This document shows, in pieces, positions 1 through 12,767 of a DNA stretch of 64,000 nucleotides. The stretch lies in assembly GCA_023382455.1 (NCBI GenBank), contig JAHDVX010000009.1, positions 16,701 to 80,700 on the forward strand, given 5' to 3'. Origin of the DNA: Flavobacteriales bacterium (GTDB lineage Bacteria; Bacteroidota; Bacteroidia; Flavobacteriales_F; PHOS-HE28). A program made the translations under genes and the position numbers. Below the pieces are notes generated by a model, which made no database searches, was not told the DNA's origin, and worked only from the letters and a program-made list of their open reading frames with translations. Each line of letters begins with the position of its first letter. Position 1 is the stretch's first letter.

Positions 1-1328
1 TGAAGAACTTCATCGAAACGGTCAAGAACATCTGGCGGATCGAGGAGCTGCGCAACCGCATCCTCATCACGCTGGGCTTGTTGCTCGTGTTCCGTATCGG
101 AAGCTTCATCGCATTGCCAGGCGTGGACAGCAGTCGGCTGGGCAGCACCACGGGCGCGGGATCGGGCCTGGTGGACCTGCTGAGCATCTTCACCGGCGGG
201 GCTTTCACCCGGGCCAGCATCTTCGCCCTGGGCGTGATGCCCTACATCAGCGCGAGCATCATCATGCAGCTGGCCGGCATCGCCGTGCCCATGGTGCAGA
301 AGATGCAGAAGGAGGAGAGCGGCCGCCGGAAGATCAACCAGTGGACGCGCTACATGACCATCCTGATCTGCGTGTTCCAGGCCCCCGGCTACTTGCTGAC
401 GTACGTGGATGCCAGCGCCCGGCCGGAAGGCCAGTTCTGGATGATGACCAGCATCATCATCCTCACCGTGGGCACGCTCTTCGTGATGTGGCTTGGTGAG
501 CGCATCACCGAACGTGGATTGGGCAACGGCATTTCCCTGCTGATCATGATCGGCATCATTGCCGGCCTTCCCGAGGCCTTCCTGCAGGAGTTTGTGGGCC
601 GCCTTACCGGCGGTGGCGGCATGGTGGTCATCCTCATGGAAGTGGTCATCTGGCTGGTCATCATCGGTGCCAACGTCATGCTGGTGCAGGGCACGCGCCG
701 CATCCCGGTGCAGTTCGCCAAACGCGTGCAGGGCAATAAGCAGTACGGGGGCGTGCGCAACTACATCCCCCTGAAGGTGAATGCGGCAGGCGTGATGCCG
801 ATCATCTTCGCCCAGGCCATCGTGCTGGTGCCCATGTACGTGGCGCAAATGCCCGTGTTCAACGGCAACCCGCCCATGTGGCTGCAGCAGTTCACCAACT
901 ATCAGAGCTTCTCCTACAACCTGTTCCTGTTCCTCATGGTGGTGGCCTTCACCTACTTCTACACGGCCATCACGGTGAACCCGAACCAGTTGTCGGACGA
1001 CCTGAAGCGTAACGGCGGCTTCATTCCCGGTGTCAAGCCAGGTAAGCAAACGGCCAGCTACATCGACGACCTGTTGAGCCGGATCACCTTGCCGGGTTCC
1101 ATCTTCCTGGGCCTGGTGGCCATCCTGCCGGCCTTCGTGATGATGATGGGTGTGAAGCAAGGCTTCGCCCAGTTCTTCGGGGGGACGTCGCTGTTGATCA
1201 TGGTGGGTGTGCTGCTGGACACGCTCCAGCAAGTGGAAAGCCACCTGTTGATGAGGCATTATGACGGCCTGATGAAATCTGGCCGGATCAAGGGGAGGAC
1301 GAGCTCAGCTTTCGGAATGGCAGGATAA
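1..1328 (+). CDS. secY: preprotein translocase subunit SecY (5' end truncated by the window edge; frame 3, start probably about 1 nt upstream of the window)
   Basis: Translation KNFIETVKNIWRIEELRNRILITLGLLLVFRIGSFIALPGVD... matches the conserved SecY N-terminus and TM topology, and sits in the conserved position before map/infA/rpmJ. Confidence 0.95.
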   Translation, partial: KNFIETVKNIWRIEELRNRILITLGLLLVFRIGSFIALPGVDSSRLGSTTGAGSGLVDLLSIFTGGAFTRASIFALGVMPYISASIIMQLAGIAVPMVQKMQKEESGRRKINQWTRYMTILICVFQAPGYLLTYVDASARPEGQFWMMTSIIILTVGTLFVMWLGERITERGLGNGISLLIMIGIIAGLPEAFLQEFVGRLTGGGGMVVILMEVVIWLVIIGANVMLVQGTRRIPVQFAKRVQGNKQYGGVRNYIPLKVNAAGVMPIIFAQAIVLVPMYVAQMPVFNGNPPMWLQQFTNYQSFSYNLFLFLMVVAFTYFYTAITVNPNQLSDDLKRNGGFIPGVKPGKQTASYIDDLLSRITLPGSIFLGLVAILPAFVMMMGVKQGFAQFFGGTSLLIMVGVLLDTLQQVESHLLMRHYDGLMKSGRIKGRTSSAFGMAG

Positions 1329-2128
1329 TGGCCAGGACGGCGAACAGATTGAGCGAGGAGGAGATCGGACTGGTGAGGGAAAGTTCTTTGCTTGTTGGAA
1401 GGACCTTGGCCGAGGTGGCCCGCCGGATCGCTCCGGGGGTTTCCACCGGCGATCTGGACCGCATGGCGGAGGAATTCATCCGCGACCATGGCGGTATCCC
1501 GGGCTTCAAGGGCTTGTACGGATGCCCCTCCACGTTGTTGATCAGCATCAACGAGGAAGTGGTTCACGGGCTGCCCGGTAAGCGCACCCTGCAGGAAGGC
1601 GACGTGGCCAGCGTGGATTGCGGCGTGTTGATGCGGGGCTTCTACGGGGACAGTGCCTACACCTTCGAGGTAGGCGAGGTGAACCCCGAAGCGCAGGCCC
1701 TGCTTCGCGTGACGAAGGAATGCCTGGCCTTGGGCATCGCGCAAGCGGTGGCCAAGCACCGTACCGGTGACATCGGTTTCGCGGTGCAGCAGCACGCGGA
1801 GGCACACGGGTACGGCATCGTGCGCGAGTTGGTGGGCCACGGCGTGGGCCGCAAGCTGCACGAGGCGCCCGAAGTGCCGAACTACGGCAGGCGCGGGCAC
1901 GGTGCCCGTTTGGATGAAGGCATGGTGATCGCCATCGAACCGATGGTGACCATGGGCCGGAAGGAGGTGAGCCAGCTGGATGACGGCTGGACGGTGGTGA
2001 CCCAGGATGGGAAGCCCAGCGCCCACTTCGAGCATACCGTGGCCGTGCGGGAAGGCAAGGCGGAGGTCCTGACAACGTTCAGCTACATCGAGGATGTGCT
2101 GAAGGAAAGAGGAATGGCAGTGGCGTAG
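1328..2128 (+). CDS. map: type I methionyl aminopeptidase
   Basis: The ATG overlaps the secY TAA stop (TAATG). The sequence shows MetAP-1 motifs (GIPGFKG..., VHG, metal-binding D/H/E residues). Confidence 0.9.
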   Translation: MARTANRLSEEEIGLVRESSLLVGRTLAEVARRIAPGVSTGDLDRMAEEFIRDHGGIPGFKGLYGCPSTLLISINEEVVHGLPGKRTLQEGDVASVDCGVLMRGFYGDSAYTFEVGEVNPEAQALLRVTKECLALGIAQAVAKHRTGDIGFAVQQHAEAHGYGIVRELVGHGVGRKLHEAPEVPNYGRRGHGARLDEGMVIAIEPMVTMGRKEVSQLDDGWTVVTQDGKPSAHFEHTVAVREGKAEVLTTFSYIEDVLKERGMAVA

Positions 2129-2188
2129 CAACGCCTTGAACATGAACTAAACGGCGGCAACGCCGACAGGAAAAGGAAAGGAAGGAAA

Positions 2189-2410
2189 ATGAGCAGATCA
2201 GGGAACATTGAGCAGGACGGCGTCATCAAGGAGGCGTTGAGCAATGCCATGTTCCGTGTGGAGCTCGAGAACGGCCATGTGATCGTGGCCCACATCTCGG
2301 GCAAGATGCGGATGCACTACATCCGTATCCTGCCCGGCGACAAGGTGAAGGTGGAAATGAGCCCGTACGACCTCAGCAAGGGCCGCATCACCTTCCGGTA
2401 CAAAACGTGA
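2189..2410 (+). CDS. infA: translation initiation factor IF-1
   Basis: 72-aa S1-like protein [30 protein letters not shown]...ITFRYKT. Confidence 0.95.
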   Translation: MSRSGNIEQDGVIKEALSNAMFRVELENGHVIVAHISGKMRMHYIRILPGDKVKVEMSPYDLSKGRITFRYKT

Positions 2411-2435
2411 AGAACAGCAGAACACACCGACCCAA

Positions 2436-2552
2436 ATGAAAGTCAGGGCCTCGATCAAGAAGCGTTCAGCGGACTGCAAACTGGTTCGCCGCAAGGGACG
2501 TCTTTACATCATCAACAAGAAGAACCCGAAGTTCAAGCAACGTCAGGGCTGA
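2436..2552 (+). CDS. rpmJ: 50S ribosomal protein L36
   Basis: 38-aa [41 protein letters not shown]. It is missed by the >=60 aa ORF track but lies in the conserved position between infA and rpsM. Confidence 0.9.
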   Translation: MKVRASIKKRSADCKLVRRKGRLYIINKKNPKFKQRQG

Positions 2553-2565
2553 TAAACCGAAGAAC

Positions 2566-2943
2566 ATGGCACGTATCGCAGGCATCGACCTCCCCAAAAC
2601 AAAGCGTGGCGTCATCGGCCTCACGTACATCTACGGCATTGGCCGCAGCACGGCCCTCTCCATCCTGGAGCAGGCCGGTGTGGACCCCGACACCAAGGTG
2701 GAGGACTGGACGGACGACGATCAGGCGAAGATCCGTACGGTGATCAACGAGAACATCAAGGTGGAAGGTGCCTTGCGCAGCGAGGTGCAGTTGAGCATCA
2801 AGCGCCTGGTGGACATCAACTGCTACCGGGGCACGCGCCACCGCCAAGGGCTCCCGCTGCGCGGCCAGCGTACCCGCACCAACGCACGTACCCGCAAGGG
2901 CAAGCGCAAGACCGTGGCCAACAAGAAGAAGGTGACCAAGTAA
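2566..2943 (+). CDS. rpsM: 30S ribosomal protein S13
   Basis: [30 protein letters not shown]... is a canonical S13 sequence. Confidence 0.95.
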   Translation: MARIAGIDLPKTKRGVIGLTYIYGIGRSTALSILEQAGVDPDTKVEDWTDDDQAKIRTVINENIKVEGALRSEVQLSIKRLVDINCYRGTRHRQGLPLRGQRTRTNARTRKGKRKTVANKKKVTK

Positions 2944-3017
2944 GATCAGTTGCCAGTTGTCAGTTGGCGGTAAACGGCTACTGACAACGGACAACGGACA
3001 ACCGACAACTGAAGACA

Positions 3018-3425
3018 ATGGCAAAGCAAGAGAAAGGCGGCGGGGCCGCAGGCAAGAAAAAGAAGAAGAACGTGGTGGTGGAAGCCTTCGGGCAAGCCCA
3101 CATCCGTGCTACCTTCAACAACCTGATCATCAGCCTCACCAACAACAAGGGCGAGGTGATCAGCTGGAGCAGCTCCGGGAAGATGGGTTTCCGCGGAAGC
3201 AAGAAGAACACCCCGTACGCCGGGCAGGTGAGCGCCGAGGAGGCCGCCCGCGAGGCGTTCGACCTGGGCCTGCGCAAGGTGAAGGTGTTCGTGCGCGGCC
3301 CCGGAGGCGGCCGCGAAAGCGCCATCCGCGCCCTGCACAACAGCGGTGTGGAGGTTACCGAGATCCTCGACCTTACCCCCATGCCGCACAACGGCTGCCG
3401 GCCGCCCAAGAAGCGCCGTGTCTAA
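3018..3425 (+). CDS. rpsK: 30S ribosomal protein S11
   Basis: A Lys-rich N-terminus followed by the conserved S11 core ([24 protein letters not shown]...). Confidence 0.95.
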   Translation: MAKQEKGGGAAGKKKKKNVVVEAFGQAHIRATFNNLIISLTNNKGEVISWSSSGKMGFRGSKKNTPYAGQVSAEEAAREAFDLGLRKVKVFVRGPGGGRESAIRALHNSGVEVTEILDLTPMPHNGCRPPKKRRV

Positions 3426-3497
3426 CCTGAAATAAACCGTAGGGGGCGGAAACGCACCCCGTTGTTGGTGCGGAGCACGCACCCAAACCAAGAGAAA

Positions 3498-4106
3498 ATG
3501 GCACGATACATAGGACCCAAGACCAGGATCGCCCGCAAGTTCAAGGAAGCGATCTACGGACCCGACAAGTGGATGGAGCGCAAGCCCCACGCCCCGGGCC
3601 AGCACGGATTGAACGCCCGCCGCCGCAAGAAGGAGAGCGAGTACAAGTTGCAGCTCAACGAGAAGCAGAAGGCGAAATACACCTACGGCATCCTGGAGCG
3701 CCAGTTCCGCAAGATGTTCGAAACGGCCACCAGCAAGAAGGGGGTTACCGGGTCGGTGCTCCTGGCCTTGTGCGAGGCCCGCTTGGACAACACGGTGTAC
3801 CGCTTGGGAATCGCCCCCACGCGCAGCGCCGCCCGCCAGCTGGTGAACCACGGCCACATCACCGTGAACAAGGAGGTGGTGAACATCCCCAGCTACACCC
3901 TCCGCCCCGGCGACGAGGTGGCCGTGCGCGAGCGCAGCCGCAGCCTGGAGGTGATCACCAACAGCCTCTCCACCAACACCAACCGGTTCGATTGGCTGGA
4001 TTTCAACCCCGCCACCATGACGGGCAAGATGATCGCCCTGCCGGAGCGCGCCCAGATCCCGGAGAACATCCGCGAGCAGCTCATCGTCGAATTGTACTCC
4101 AAGTAA
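3498..4106 (+). CDS. rpsD: 30S ribosomal protein S4
   Basis: [15 protein letters not shown]... is the canonical S4 start. The ORF track begins 12 codons upstream at an alternative start. Confidence 0.92.
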   Translation: MARYIGPKTRIARKFKEAIYGPDKWMERKPHAPGQHGLNARRRKKESEYKLQLNEKQKAKYTYGILERQFRKMFETATSKKGVTGSVLLALCEARLDNTVYRLGIAPTRSAARQLVNHGHITVNKEVVNIPSYTLRPGDEVAVRERSRSLEVITNSLSTNTNRFDWLDFNPATMTGKMIALPERAQIPENIREQLIVELYSK

Positions 4107-4130
4107 GAACCCAAACAGAGCGAGCATCAC

Positions 4131-5159
4131 ATGCCAATCCTAGATTTCCAAAGACCGGACAAGGTCTCCATGATCGAAGCCGACGACAAGCACGGGATCT
4201 TTGAATTCCGCCCCTTGGAGCCCGGCTATGGCATCACCATCGGCAACTCCCTTCGCCGGATCCTGCTCAGCAGCCTGGAGGGGTATGCCATCACCAGCCT
4301 GCGCATCGATGGCGTGGAGCACGAATTCAGCACCATCAAGGGCGTGATCGAGGATGTCACCGAGATCGTGCTCAACCTCAAGCAGGTGCGTTTCCGCCGC
4401 CAGCTGGAGGATGTCAGCGATGAAAAGGTCAACTTCACCGTGGGCGGCAAGGAGGAATTCACCGCCGGCGACATCGGCAAGCACACCACCGGCTTCCAGG
4501 TGCTGAACCCCGAGCTGGTGATCTGCCGCATGGAGCCCGGCGTGAAGCTGCACGTGGAACTCTCCATCGGCAAGGGCCGTGGCTACGTGCCCGCCGACGA
4601 GAACAAGGTGGAAGGCGCCCCGATGGGCACCATCTTCATCGACTCCATCTTCACCCCGATCAAGAACGTGCGCTACAGCGTGGACAACACCCGCGTGGAG
4701 CAGAAGACCGACTATGAAAAGCTCACCATCGAGCTGGACACGGACGGCAGCATCGATCCGAAGAATGCACTGCAAGAGGCGGCCAAGATCCTGATCCACC
4801 ACTTCATGCTGTTCAGCGACGGCCGGATGACCATGGAACTGGAGGACCTCCAGCAGTCCGCCCCCGTTGAGTCGGGCAGCTCCACTTCCGATGTGGACGA
4901 CCTGGACGAGAGCGGCATGCACATGCGCCAACTGCTCAAGAGCAAGCTGGTCGACCTGGACCTGAGCGTGCGTGCCCTGAACTGCCTCAAGGCCGCCGAT
5001 ATCGAGACCCTCGGTGACCTGGTGAGCTTCAACCGGAACGACCTGCTGAAGTTCCGCAACTTCGGCAAGAAGAGCCTGACCGAGCTGGAGGACCTGCTGG
5101 AGAACAAGGGACTTTCCTTCGGCATGAGCGTGTCGAAGTTCAAACTGGACCGCGACTAA
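4131..5159 (+). CDS. rpoA: DNA-directed RNA polymerase subunit alpha
   Basis: [12 protein letters not shown]... N-terminal domain and a C-terminal alphaCTD ([22 protein letters not shown]). Confidence 0.95.
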   Translation: MPILDFQRPDKVSMIEADDKHGIFEFRPLEPGYGITIGNSLRRILLSSLEGYAITSLRIDGVEHEFSTIKGVIEDVTEIVLNLKQVRFRRQLEDVSDEKVNFTVGGKEEFTAGDIGKHTTGFQVLNPELVICRMEPGVKLHVELSIGKGRGYVPADENKVEGAPMGTIFIDSIFTPIKNVRYSVDNTRVEQKTDYEKLTIELDTDGSIDPKNALQEAAKILIHHFMLFSDGRMTMELEDLQQSAPVESGSSTSDVDDLDESGMHMRQLLKSKLVDLDLSVRALNCLKAADIETLGDLVSFNRNDLLKFRNFGKKSLTELEDLLENKGLSFGMSVSKFKLDRD

Positions 5160-5199
5160 GGATTGATCAACGGTAGCCGCCCGATGCGGCCAGAGGAAA

Positions 5200-5706
5200 A
5201 TGAGACACGGAAACAAGAACAACGCACTGGGGCGCAAGAAGGCCCATCGCGACAGCATGCTCAGCAACATGGCATGCTCGCTGATCGAGCATAAGCGCAT
5301 TGAGACCACCCTGGCCAAGGCCAAGGCCCTGCGGATCTTCGTGGAACCCTTGATCACCAAGAGCAAGGAGGACAGCACGCACAGCCGCCGCACGGTGTTC
5401 AGCTACCTGCGCAGCAAGGAGGCCACCACCACCTTGTTCCGCGATGTGGCCCCCAAGGTGGCCGACCGGCCAGGAGGATATACGCGCATCATCAAGCTGG
5501 GCAACCGCTTGGGCGATGCCGCCGAGCGCGCCATGATCGAGATGGTGGATTTCAACACCACCTACTCCCCCAAGGAGAAGGCCGGGGCCGAGGTGAAGCG
5601 CACGCGCCGCAGCCGCACGAAGGCCTCCACGGCCAAGGCTGGCGCGGCCAAGACCGAGGCCAAGGGCGATGCCCCCGCAGCCGAAGGCGAGGCCAAGGCG
5701 GAATGA
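5200..5706 (+). CDS. rplQ: 50S ribosomal protein L17 (with an Ala/Lys-rich C-terminal extension)
   Basis: [45 protein letters not shown]... is an L17 sequence. Confidence 0.93.
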   Translation: MRHGNKNNALGRKKAHRDSMLSNMACSLIEHKRIETTLAKAKALRIFVEPLITKSKEDSTHSRRTVFSYLRSKEATTTLFRDVAPKVADRPGGYTRIIKLGNRLGDAAERAMIEMVDFNTTYSPKEKAGAEVKRTRRSRTKASTAKAGAAKTEAKGDAPAAEGEAKAE

Positions 5707-5727
5707 TCGGCATTGTGAATAATCAAC

Positions 5728-5766
5728 GGGAACGGGGCGCCTTTGGGCGCCCCGTTCCATTTTCGG
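5728..5766 (+). terminator. rho-independent terminator after rplQ
   Basis: Perfect 13-bp stem GGGAACGGGGCGCC / GGCGCCCCGTTCC with a TTTG loop, followed by ATTTTCGG. Confidence 0.7.
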
Positions 5767-5771
5767 TCGGC

Positions 5772-5779
5772 TAATTTTG
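5772..5779 (+). promoter_or_regulatory. Bacteroidota sigmaA-type -7 element (TAnnTTTG) upstream of carA
   Basis: TAATTTTG lies 30 nt upstream of the carA ATG, immediately after the rplQ terminator. The -33 TTG is weak. Confidence 0.35.
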
Positions 5780-5809
5780 CCGTCCACCAAGCACCCGAAC
5801 CCTTTCTCC

Positions 5810-8277
<2,468 letters not shown>

Positions 8278-8683
8278 TGCCATTTCGCAATCTGGCGTAG
8301 GCCAGGGAAGCGAAGGGATTTTTTTCGGGACTAAACGGCGCGTTCGTTGTAATGCCGAAGGCATAGACCCCAGGGAGCGAAGCAACCAGGGGACGTGCCA
8401 CGGAACGATTATGACGGGGATTTCATGCGGGGAATGCTTCATCCCGCTTGCAGGAGGTCCGGGTAGATTGGCCTGCTCCCTGCGAAGTGGAATATGACCT
8501 CGCAAGGTTGAGGAATTCGTTCAATGGCGTGGCAATGCGCCCGTGTTTTATTGAGCGGCTTTCACCCAAGGCCACATCAACGTTGGCCGGTTTCGTCACG
8601 GGGGCGATTGACAGCAGGGAGAAATGCACCTCCACGCGTGAAGTGTGTTGAAGCAACACCCGGGGACGCGGAGGAATTTCGCA

Positions 8684-11062
8684 TCAGTGCACCAGCCGTA
8701 ATGGTCCCAACGGGATGGGGCGCATCCCAGGCCTGGTTACCGAGAGCAGCAGTGATTGTGCAGGCATTTGGGACATGTCGATGCGGTTGGCTCCGGGGAG
8801 CAACGCATGGAGGAGCAGCACCCGTCCCCCAAGGTCATGCACGGAAAGGACCGTGCCACGGGGCAGGTTGCTGTCGGGAGGGATCACCATGACGTGGTCC
8901 GATGCGGGGTCCGGATAGTAGTGCCAGCCATGCCCGGGCCCGCTGTGCGGCGTGATCCCGGTGGGGGAGGTGCGCCAGGCAATGGTGTAGTCACCGGGCA
9001 CGAAGCCGGGCATGTCCAGCCGGGCGTACTTGTCCGTGGGGCTCCCGCTCGTGGTCACGGTGGCGGGTTTCTCGCTCCACGGCCATCGGGCGTCAGGCCG
9101 CCAAAGCACCACCAGGCTGTCCTCATGGAAGGCAACACCGTTCACGTCTTGCATCAGCCCTTGGTCAAAGGCGCTGGAGAATCCCGGCCGGCCGTCCACG
9201 GTAATGCGCAAGGCCATGTCCGTGCCAGGTTGCAGGTCGGCCTCCATGCGCCACCAGCGGTCCGGTGAAACGAAGAAGGCCCCATCAGGGTCCGGGTCGG
9301 CCGGTACCCAGAATTCCTCCATGCGAACTTCGGTGGGTGCCGGTAGGGCATCGGTGATCAACCGGACATCGGCGTAGGAGAGAAACCGTTGGCCCGTGGT
9401 GGTGACCACCAGTGTGTCCAAGGTGGTGGCCAAGGCCAGCCGTTCATCATCGTTCAGGCGCACGGCCGATGGGGCGAAGGGAACCGTGATGGCCGCCGTG
9501 GAGTGTTCCCCGCCGAACGTGGCGATCTGCCGGAAGCGCTGTCCGGCCGGCCCGATGCAGGTGACGCTGACGGGCACCCCCTCGAAGAAGTCCGCACCGC
9601 CCCGGGTTTTTTGGCGCACATACAACTGCACATTGAAAGTGCCGCCCGATGGAACCACCTGGAAGGAGTCCACCATGAAAGCCGCCCCGCCCGGCTGCAT
9701 GACCCAGCCGTTGAAGAAATCATGCAGGTCCAGGCCGGTGGCGGCGCCCAGGCTGTCCCTGAAGGCCGCGCTGCTCATCGCCGTGTACGCGTTCCCGGCC
9801 AGCACCGCTTTCATGCCCGCACTGAAAAGGCTGTCGCCCATGACGGCCCGGAGCGTGCGCGCCACATCGGCTCCCTTCTTGTACGTGGTTTCGCCGTAGG
9901 TCATGTTGGACGGTACGCCGTCCAAGGCAAACCAGCCTTCATCCAGTACGTGGGCCATGGTGATCACCCGGCGGTGGTTGCTCCGCACGGTGGCCTTGTA
10001 CTCGGCCGGGCCATAGAGGCCCTCGATGAACAGCATGGCGCAGAAATCGGCAAAGCCCTCGTTGATGTACATCTCCTCCGGCCGGGCGCAGGTGATGAGG
10101 TTGCCGAACCAGTGGTGGGAGAGTTCGTGGGCGATCAGGTCCTCATATTCCAAGGTCCCGTCCGCCGCGAAATCGGGGTAGCAGATGTTGGTGGCGTGCT
10201 CCATGGCGCCGGCGCTGGTAAGCACGTAGCCTACGCGGGGCCAACGGTAAGGCCCGAACCATTGCTCGAAGGTGTCGAAGGCGTCCTGCAAGTGGCTGAA
10301 CGAGGCCCGCATCTGGGCGGTATCACCTGGGAGGGCGGCCAGGATCACCGGTACATCATGTCCGGCCACGCTCGGGAAGGAGTCCAGCAAGGCGGTGTAT
10401 TGGCCGGCCGCCACCGAGGCGAGGTAGGCGGGGATGGGTTCGTTGAGCCGCCAATGGGAGATGCGCTCTCCGTTGCCCAGTTCGGAAACATCGATCAGCG
10501 TACCATTGGCGAAGACTGACCGGCCGCCGGAGGTGTGCACCAGGAGATCGAAGCTGCAACGCTCCACGAAATTGTCGAAGCAAGGGAACCAGGCGCGGCC
10601 GTAGGAGTGGGGCACCGCCTCGAAGGCGACACCGAGGTCGTACTGGTAATTGCTGGAAGTGTAGAAGCCGCCGAAACCGCTGGGGTCCGTGGGCGGATCG
10701 CCCCCATAGAACACGGTCGCCATCAACGTGTCCCCCGGGCCGTATGTGGCCGGAAGGTTCACCGAGAGTACTTCGTCCGCTTGGGAAAACGTGAGCTGTG
10801 CCCCGTCCATGACCACGGAGTCCGTGGGCAGCAGCAGGTCCAACGGGAGCTGTGTGATGCCGGCAGTCCGGGGGGTGAAGGTGATGGTGGCGGCCCCGTG
10901 GACCACGCCGTTGGAGGTGCCGGTCAGGTCCAGTTCCAGCCAGGTGTGGAGGATATCGATGCTGTCGCTGCGGGCAGCGCTGCCCACGGGGCTCACCTGT
11001 GCCACCGCGACCAGCCCCGGCAAGTAAAAGGAAACCAATAGGAGCGTGCGTGGAAGTCTCAT
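8684..11062 (-). CDS. M1-family zinc aminopeptidase with a T9SS type-A C-terminal sorting domain
   Basis: Signal peptide, HELSHHWFGNL...NEGFA (HEXXH-X18-E), and a C-terminal Por_Secre_tail-like ~80 aa ending ...LSVHDLGGRVLL... Confidence 0.8.
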   Translation of the reverse strand: MRLPRTLLLVSFYLPGLVAVAQVSPVGSAARSDSIDILHTWLELDLTGTSNGVVHGAATITFTPRTAGITQLPLDLLLPTDSVVMDGAQLTFSQADEVLSVNLPATYGPGDTLMATVFYGGDPPTDPSGFGGFYTSSNYQYDLGVAFEAVPHSYGRAWFPCFDNFVERCSFDLLVHTSGGRSVFANGTLIDVSELGNGERISHWRLNEPIPAYLASVAAGQYTALLDSFPSVAGHDVPVILAALPGDTAQMRASFSHLQDAFDTFEQWFGPYRWPRVGYVLTSAGAMEHATNICYPDFAADGTLEYEDLIAHELSHHWFGNLITCARPEEMYINEGFADFCAMLFIEGLYGPAEYKATVRSNHRRVITMAHVLDEGWFALDGVPSNMTYGETTYKKGADVARTLRAVMGDSLFSAGMKAVLAGNAYTAMSSAAFRDSLGAATGLDLHDFFNGWVMQPGGAAFMVDSFQVVPSGGTFNVQLYVRQKTRGGADFFEGVPVSVTCIGPAGQRFRQIATFGGEHSTAAITVPFAPSAVRLNDDERLALATTLDTLVVTTTGQRFLSYADVRLITDALPAPTEVRMEEFWVPADPDPDGAFFVSPDRWWRMEADLQPGTDMALRITVDGRPGFSSAFDQGLMQDVNGVAFHEDSLVVLWRPDARWPWSEKPATVTTSGSPTDKYARLDMPGFVPGDYTIAWRTSPTGITPHSGPGHGWHYYPDPASDHVMVIPPDSNLPRGTVLSVHDLGGRVLLLHALLPGANRIDMSQMPAQSLLLSVTRPGMRPIPLGPLRLVH

Positions 11063-11174
11063 GTGACGAATGTACCGATGCGCGGCTTTTCGTCTGGCTC
11101 GAGTGGGAATTGGGAAGGAATGGGCAAACCAAGCCGGCGAATGCAGGAGGGCTGCACCTTGGTCACTGCTTCCC

Positions 11175-11182
11175 TATATTTG
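11175..11182 (+). promoter_or_regulatory. Bacteroidota -7 element TATATTTG upstream of the hypothetical gene
   Basis: TATATTTG lies 39 nt upstream of the ATG at 11221. A TTG is 13 nt upstream, which is shorter spacing than consensus. Confidence 0.35.
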
Positions 11183-11220
11183 GGGGAGCACTTTCCGCCG
11201 CCACGGACAGTGGTCCCCGA

Positions 11221-12762
11221 ATGAAGCCCAGTACCGAGCTTTTCGACCTGATCAAATCGCTCTCCAAGTCGGAAAAGCGTTTTTTCAAGCTGCACTCGGC
11301 ACTCCAAAGCGGGGAGAAGAACTACCTGAGGATCTTCGATGCGATCGATCGCCAGAAGACCTATGACGAGGAGGCCATCAAGAAGCAGTTCGCCAAGGAG
11401 GTCTTCGTCAAGCATTTTCCATCGGAGAAGAACCACTTATACAAATTGGTGCTGAAGGCGCTGCGTGCGTACCACGCGGAATCCAGCATCACCGGAGTGC
11501 TGAAGCAGCACATCAACAACATCGAGATCCTCTTCGCCAAGGCGCTGTATTCCGAGGCGGCCAAAGTGCTTCAACGGGCGAAACGGACCGCGCAGGAGCA
11601 TGAGCGGTTCTACATCTGGTTCGAGCTGCTGGCTTGGGAGAAGATGCTGATCGAGGAGGACTACCACAGCGGTAACTTCAGTCACGACGTGGAGCGGTTG
11701 ATCGAAGAGGAGGCGGATGTGTTGGAGAAACTCAAGAACCTCGCGGCATACAACGTGCTCTACACCAAGATCAACTACGTGTTCCGCAGCGGCGGATATG
11801 TGCGTACCGATGAGGAACGCACCATCGTGGAGGAGATCGGGGAACACCCGCTGATCAAGGGGAAGAATACGGCCCTGAGCCACCGTGCGAGCACCATCTG
11901 CCATTACACCCAAGGCTTTTGCTACTGGGCCAAGCGCGAATGGGCGACCAGCTATGCGAAGTTCATGCGTGTCCGGGAGATCCTGGACAAGCACCCCCAG
12001 TTGAAGAAAGACCTGCCCAAGCGGTATGTGCGCACATTGTACTACCTGATCCAGTGCGAGATCGAATTGGGTGACCACGCGCACGTGATGGAGGACATCC
12101 GTAAGCTGCGTGAATTATCGGACAAGCCCGGGTTCGATGACATCGACATCCGGATCCTGGTGTTCTGCAACAGCTATTTGAGCGAACTCCGATACCATGA
12201 CCGCACGGGCGAGTTTGCCAAAGGGGCGGCCTTGGAGGACAGGGTGGTGCTGGGGATGGAGCGCATGGGGCCGCGCTTGCCGAAGGAATATGAACTGGAG
12301 TTCTACTTCCTGCTGTCCACGTTGCACTTCGGTGCCGGACAGATGAACCGCGCCCTGCACTGGCTGAACAAGGTGTTGAACGATCCCGAGCCCGCATTGC
12401 GGCAGGATATCTTCACTTACGCGCGCTTGTTCAACCTGGTGGTGCATTACGAGCTCGGCAACTTCGACCTGCTGGAATATATCGTGCGCAGTACGCAGCG
12501 CTTCCTCAGCAAGCGGCACCGGGCCTATGGAGTGGAGGCTGCCTTGATCGAGCACGTCAAGAAGCTGGCGCGTGCCACCTCCGATGAGGCCCGGAGGAAG
12601 CTGTTCCTTTCCCTGCGCGAACGGTTGAAGGCGTTGATGGAGGACCCGAACGAGGAAACGGTGCTCAAGTATTTCAATATCCGTGCCTGGGTGGACGCCA
12701 AGCTGGAGGATGTTCCGTTCAGCGAAGTGGTGAAGCGGGCCGTGGCCGGAAAGCCCCGGTAG
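11221..12762 (+). CDS. hypothetical all-helical protein (513 aa)
   Basis: The ORF is long and has codon bias consistent with its neighbours. The probable true start is MKPSTELFDLIKSLSKSEKRFFKL at 11221, downstream of the promoter-like motif. No family is recognised. Confidence 0.6.
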   Translation: MKPSTELFDLIKSLSKSEKRFFKLHSALQSGEKNYLRIFDAIDRQKTYDEEAIKKQFAKEVFVKHFPSEKNHLYKLVLKALRAYHAESSITGVLKQHINNIEILFAKALYSEAAKVLQRAKRTAQEHERFYIWFELLAWEKMLIEEDYHSGNFSHDVERLIEEEADVLEKLKNLAAYNVLYTKINYVFRSGGYVRTDEERTIVEEIGEHPLIKGKNTALSHRASTICHYTQGFCYWAKREWATSYAKFMRVREILDKHPQLKKDLPKRYVRTLYYLIQCEIELGDHAHVMEDIRKLRELSDKPGFDDIDIRILVFCNSYLSELRYHDRTGEFAKGAALEDRVVLGMERMGPRLPKEYELEFYFLLSTLHFGAGQMNRALHWLNKVLNDPEPALRQDIFTYARLFNLVVHYELGNFDLLEYIVRSTQRFLSKRHRAYGVEAALIEHVKKLARATSDEARRKLFLSLRERLKALMEDPNEETVLKYFNIRAWVDAKLEDVPFSEVVKRAVAGKPR

Positions 12763-12767
12763 CCGGC

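Noticed and set aside
4140-5393. 417-aa minus-strand ORF spanning rpoA and rplQ, and similar antisense ORFs (2946-4130, 6916-7920, 9389-10519, 25585-26715, 29680-31578, 36646-37896, 41215-42363, 42207-43772, 47260-48273, 51627-53129, 57503-60094)
   Set aside because: These are shadow ORFs typical of ~65% GC DNA. Each is fully antisense to a well-supported conserved gene and shows Arg/Ala/Gly/His-rich composition bias
8278-8683. Possible RNase P RNA, SRP RNA or riboswitch in the eno-downstream intergenic region
   Set aside because: Only a weak AGGTCCGGG resemblance was found. None of the universally conserved RNase P motifs (GGAAAGTCCGG…, GTAAGAGCGCACC, ACAGAA.CCGGCTTA), the SRP GGAA tetraloop motif, or the B12/TPP/SAM core sequences are present. 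It is kept only as an unexplained region
10999-11220. N-terminal 74 codons of the 587-aa ORF-track frame (MPPRPAPASKRK…)
   Set aside because: This sequence overlaps the divergent M1 peptidase start and the promoter-like TATATTTG. The downstream ATG at 11221 gives a sensible N-terminus
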